The position numbers were made by a program, and so were the translations under genes. Below are positions 60,014-64,000 of a stretch of DNA of 64,000 nucleotides, piece after piece. Every line of letters starts with the position of its first letter. The stretch's first letter is position 1. A model generated the notes under the pieces. The model saw nothing but the letters and a program-made list of their open reading frames with translations, made no database searches and had not been told where the DNA came from. Source of the stretch: Strigamia acuminata (taxonomy: Eukaryota); assembly GCA_949358305.1 (NCBI GenBank), contig OX442314.1, positions 24,490,001 to 24,554,000 of the forward strand. Reading direction: 5' to 3'.

Positions 60014-62689
60014 ATGGCAATCAATCAGCCGTATGCGTTACCAGATTACGTACCCATGGTAACAGGAATCTTTAGAGGCGAATTATCCGCCGAAGTCCGA
60101 CGTTTACGACAACTTGGTCAGACGTGGGAAGACGTGAGACAAGAATTCTCAAATGCCATCGCCGCACATTGGGGCTGTAGATGCCGAATTTGTGGACGGC
60201 TAATGGTAGCCGACCCCGTTTCCTGGAACCTAAGGATCGATCCGCCATCACCGTTGAGATCCAGATTGCTTTTTGGCTGGCTCTTTCCCACGCCAGAGGA
60301 AGACACGGACTTCTACGGGTTTTTCCGAATTGCACATGCCAAAAGGAATGACTATCTGGACGCCATTTGGGAGAAACTCAAGGCCAGGAAGGATGAAGTC
60401 ATGCGAAAGCTACAAGAAGAGCAAGCGTGGTGGGCCGACCGTCACAAACATTACGACTTAGCAGATCTCGCCAGTTCACAATACGAGATGCACATTCTGG
60501 GAATGGCCGGACATTTCGGCCACGCTCGTGCCCGATTCCGTGACTGGGAACGTCAAAGAGACGCATATCACGACCAAGAACGCAATGATAAGCGAGAACG
60601 GTCGAGTTCAGTTGCATCAAACGAACCACGTGCCAAGATGACCTGTAGCAATCACCACAATACGGCTTCAAGAGCCGTTGATAATATTTCGGAAGCCAGA
60701 GTTTCACGATGGGACGCGGCTTGCCGATACCCTGGAGGAGTGGATCCGTACGCCGCTCGCCCAGGAACCAGACCCGATTTGCTTCGTGCCAACGGCCGAC
60801 TCAAGCATCGTGCAGGCCGACAAAACCGCGAAAAGTTAGAGCGCGAACGTTTGGCCCTGATGCCACCACCGCCCAAGGACGATGAATTGCCTGGCCGATG
60901 GGATCGCGAAGTCGAAGAGCATTCCATGCAAGTCACCCTTCGCAAGAAAGCAGCGTTGGAGCAACAGCAAGCCGATTGGGATGCCTGTTTCCAATCACCT
61001 GATGCAGAAGAACCAACGATAGGATCTAATGAGACTTTGATGTTAAATACACCAACGTCAGTGTCCGCCTTGGAGGGAGGAAGTTCCGCGGAAGTCCACA
61101 TCGTAGACCGAAGCTACAGAATTTCACCCCCAACAATGGCCGACAACACGGCCTGTGAATGGAAGAGCCTTCCAAACACACAAAAATCAAATGACCAGGC
61201 GAATCACCGGCCAACCGATGGGCCGATTCCTGTAGAGTGTAGAGGGTACATGGATTCGATAAACCCAGACCCGAGTCTTCCAGAGCCTCGATTGCCCACG
61301 AGAAAATTCGGAATGGTATCCCAAGTTCTGAAAAAGGGATTCGATCAGCATTACGACGCCATGTGGCAGGGGTTCTGCGAAGCGCCGTTAGAGACTCAGG
61401 AGATTGAGTTGTCTGACATGGACTTATACCAAATAGCTCAAGTCACCGAGAGTCTGAAAGGTAGTCGTCGTGTCGCCGGCTTACTGAACCGAATGGAGCC
61501 GACGGGACCCGACGACCCACGTTTGAATGAGTTACAGCGACAGCTTGTGCCGAGTTATCGGAGAATTTTATTTCCCGGGGTATTTGACAGCCCGAGACCA
61601 GGCTTCGCTGCCACCACGTGCCTAAGAACGGCCGCCATGGCCGTTAAACCTGAATTTCTAGAATGTTGGCGGTCCATCCAATTGGATCCGCCCACCATGT
61701 GCAGCGAATTGATGCGCCAAGTTGCGGTCATTGGGGAAAATCCGGCCGCATCGGCCATTCGTCTCCGACGCGAGTGGGACATGCGTAAAATCACTTTTCA
61801 GCAAGAACTGAAAACAATTCGACCGGCAGGAATGCCGCCGAGGGATCAGACGTCTAAAAGAAAGATGCCAGAAGCCACTTACACGCCAACTGCAGCTGCG
61901 ATCGAGAGCCATGCTGTTGACCAAACCACGACTGAACCGTCCAACAGTCACGTCGCCATGGAGATAGAAAATTTCGACGATCCAAGACCTGGACCGAGTC
62001 GAGGTCGAGCTACGACCTCAAGTTCAACCACGTTTTTTACGCACGTCGAAAACACCAATTTAGGGGCGCGACCCAAAGCTCGACCGAAACCACGCGGAGC
62101 TTTGATACTCCGGCCCGGGGGCCGATCTTGTTACGTAAAACGTCCAGACGAGTCAGCTGCGGCGCCCAACCCGCCGACACCACCAAGGAGCGTTCATTCG
62201 CCTATTCGAGCGCCCACTCCATCGCCCAAGAAGGACGATCCACCGAAATCACTCCAATCGGCGGCTGGAGCTGCCGAAACCAAGAAGCAAGAAAGCAGCC
62301 CAATCTACATTAAGCTGCGAAGAACTTACCCAAGACTCGAGATGCATCCGCATACGAGGATTTTGCTCAAACACAACGTGGAGCTTTGCCACCACGTTTT
62401 CAACTGGCTTGAGCGGAAAATACGAAAGAAGAGGCCGTGGATGTTGCATCAACGGCTGATCCGAGCTCGCCGACGCCCGTCCAACCCGCAAGAATTTTAC
62501 GAAATGGCGTTTGGAGATGACGCCTTATCTCGACTCATCCGAAGTGTTTGGATACACGTCAACCCCGGCCTGTCATCTGGGCCGAATACGGGACAACCGT
62601 TCATCAATGTTAACGAGAGCGGAAATCCGTTGTCCGACGAGACGGACATGATGTCAATAGACTTACCTTCACCTAAAACACCCGAGTAG
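60014..62689 (+). CDS. E3 large accessory ORF, 891 aa, unknown function, not Env-like
   Basis: 2.7-kb uninterrupted ORF in the env position. CRCRICG near the N-terminus, R/P-rich, no obvious signal peptide or C-terminal TM helix. Confidence 0.88.
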   Translation: MAINQPYALPDYVPMVTGIFRGELSAEVRRLRQLGQTWEDVRQEFSNAIAAHWGCRCRICGRLMVADPVSWNLRIDPPSPLRSRLLFGWLFPTPEEDTDFYGFFRIAHAKRNDYLDAIWEKLKARKDEVMRKLQEEQAWWADRHKHYDLADLASSQYEMHILGMAGHFGHARARFRDWERQRDAYHDQERNDKRERSSSVASNEPRAKMTCSNHHNTASRAVDNISEARVSRWDAACRYPGGVDPYAARPGTRPDLLRANGRLKHRAGRQNREKLERERLALMPPPPKDDELPGRWDREVEEHSMQVTLRKKAALEQQQADWDACFQSPDAEEPTIGSNETLMLNTPTSVSALEGGSSAEVHIVDRSYRISPPTMADNTACEWKSLPNTQKSNDQANHRPTDGPIPVECRGYMDSINPDPSLPEPRLPTRKFGMVSQVLKKGFDQHYDAMWQGFCEAPLETQEIELSDMDLYQIAQVTESLKGSRRVAGLLNRMEPTGPDDPRLNELQRQLVPSYRRILFPGVFDSPRPGFAATTCLRTAAMAVKPEFLECWRSIQLDPPTMCSELMRQVAVIGENPAASAIRLRREWDMRKITFQQELKTIRPAGMPPRDQTSKRKMPEATYTPTAAAIESHAVDQTTTEPSNSHVAMEIENFDDPRPGPSRGRATTSSSTTFFTHVENTNLGARPKARPKPRGALILRPGGRSCYVKRPDESAAAPNPPTPPRSVHSPIRAPTPSPKKDDPPKSLQSAAGAAETKKQESSPIYIKLRRTYPRLEMHPHTRILLKHNVELCHHVFNWLERKIRKKRPWMLHQRLIRARRRPSNPQEFYEMAFGDDALSRLIRSVWIHVNPGLSSGPNTGQPFINVNESGNPLSDETDMMSIDLPSPKTPE

Positions 62690-62935
62690 GCCGATGGCGG
62701 CCAGAAAACAGAAACAAATCTGGTTGTTTCCGAAAATAAGTCTTTTCGAGAAACGTTTATTTTCATGTACATTCCTTTCATTTAATCATTTAATCACCAA
62801 TGTTTTCTTTTAATGCATGTACCTATTATTATATAACGAATATTAAAGAATATCTATGTCGAATTTGAAAAAAGAAAATTACCTGGTCTTGTTGTAATTA
62901 ACTAAGAAACAAACAAAAAATTGTAAAAGTTAATT

Positions 62936-62944
62936 GGGGGGAAG
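62936..62944 (+). other. E3 polypurine tract
   Basis: GGGGGGAAG immediately before the 3' LTR. Confidence 0.8.
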
Positions 62945-64000
62945 TGTTGCGATCTCAAATGTTCACTTCATTTGTGGAGAGGTTTTTCTACCACGTTTTT
63001 AAGATATTATTTATATTTTAACCATAATCATTAGAATTGTGTTTTTTGCCGTGCACCTGTTGCGCTTTTGGGCAATTGGCCCAGAAGCTGTAACGGCTGC
63101 CCTGGCATTTTGAGCCCTGGATTGGGGCGTTGCTAAGTCAATCCCCAAATTTTGCACCGTTGCTAGGGCTGAAGCGTGCCTTGGCACACGCCACGCCTGC
63201 GCACTGGCCGTTTTCCGGCCATATTCCGAGTAATAATTCGAATTATTACTCACTCTTTGCATCACACTCATACCGTTCACACCGACACAGCTTTGTTCAC
63301 AACCAAAAACACTGTTTTGTCCGTGACTCGTGAGTTTTGCCAAGTTTCAACCCGATTTGTTTGAACCAACGTTCAAACGAATCACTTTCCGAGCCGCGAA
63401 GACGACGCACGACGGCCCAAACCACCGTCGTTCCCGCCGCCGCCCGAAGACCAACGCGCCCACGCCGTTGAAGATCGACGCCAGCCAGCCGCCGAGGATT
63501 GCAGAGCCATCGTCGCCGCTCCTCGACCTGTTGACGACGATTCCGATTCAGATTGCAGCGGATCTCCAGTCAGGTTTTAACGATCGGCGGTACCCGCCGT
63601 TTGACTACTTGTCTCCAACGGAAATCTCCCGTTGCAATCTAGGGTTTAACCCAAGATTTCTCGTCTTGTCAGGCTTAACAGCCGACACTCTTTGTGAAGT
63701 CTTTCGGCTTCACGCTTCCTTTCTCACTTCGCAGAATTTGCGCGGCGACGAGTCGCCATTTCTGCACTGCTTTTTCCCGCCCGAAGGAGTCCCGCGCTGC
63801 TTCGAGCACGTCGCCTTCTACGCCGACGATCTTATCCTCATAGAACCCATCTTATTAACATTCTCTTCAATAGAACCTGTACTTAACGCTCAATAAATTG
63901 ATTAACTGTTTGATTTAAAATAACTAAACTAGCCTTTATTCGAGATCAAATCCCTAGACACCGACTTAACGGCTAACCCACCCGATAGAAGACCTATAAA
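62945..64000 (+). repeat. E3 3' LTR (truncated by window end)
   Basis: Copy of the sequence starting at 50953. Confidence 0.95.

Larger units (their letters stand above)
50953..64000 (+). mobile_element. Ty3/Gypsy LTR retrotransposon E3 with two extra ORFs (3' LTR runs off the window)
   Basis: LTR TGTTGCG...CGCAACA, PBS, gag, -1 frameshift, pol, extra ORFs, PPT and a second LTR starting at 62945 (offset 11992). The TSD cannot be checked; the left flank is ATGT. Confidence 0.96.

Noticed and set aside
38249..62689. Calling the third ORFs env
   Set aside because: No N-terminal hydrophobic signal peptide and no C-terminal transmembrane helix are visible; the composition is basic and disordered.

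Overview
Eukaryotic (animal-like, AT-rich, probably invertebrate) genomic DNA. Bases 1-28146 contain no credible protein-coding ORF. They hold small DNA-transposon remnants/MITEs (P-like, Tc2/pogo-like, hAT, Harbinger-like), simple repeats and a few candidate minus-strand non-coding exons. Bases 28147-64000 hold three distinct, co-oriented (+ strand), apparently recently inserted Ty3/Gypsy-type LTR retroelements. E1 (28147-42151) has 1590-bp LTRs, an ACCT TSD, a tRNA-Gln PBS, gag, a -1 frameshift, pol and a 551-aa extra ORF. E2 (42184-49221) lies only 32 bp from E1 and has 622-bp LTRs and a CACA TSD; it has no recognisable gag and only pol debris, yet keeps an intact 393-aa extra ORF. E3 (50953 to beyond 64000) has a 1179-bp LTR, gag, a -1 frameshift, pol and two extra ORFs (~89-104 aa and 891 aa). 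The main signal is that all three carry large sense-strand accessory ORFs in the env position that do not look like Env. The E1 and E2 proteins share a DnaJ-like CPxCxG...CxNCxG zinc-finger motif, and E2 kept this gene while losing gag-pol. Secondary signals are antisense splice sites beside the PPTs, a dense hairpin array before E1 ORF3, a MER30-like hAT fragment and a tyrosine-recombinase remnant between E2 and E3. All calls were made by eye; no database searches were run.
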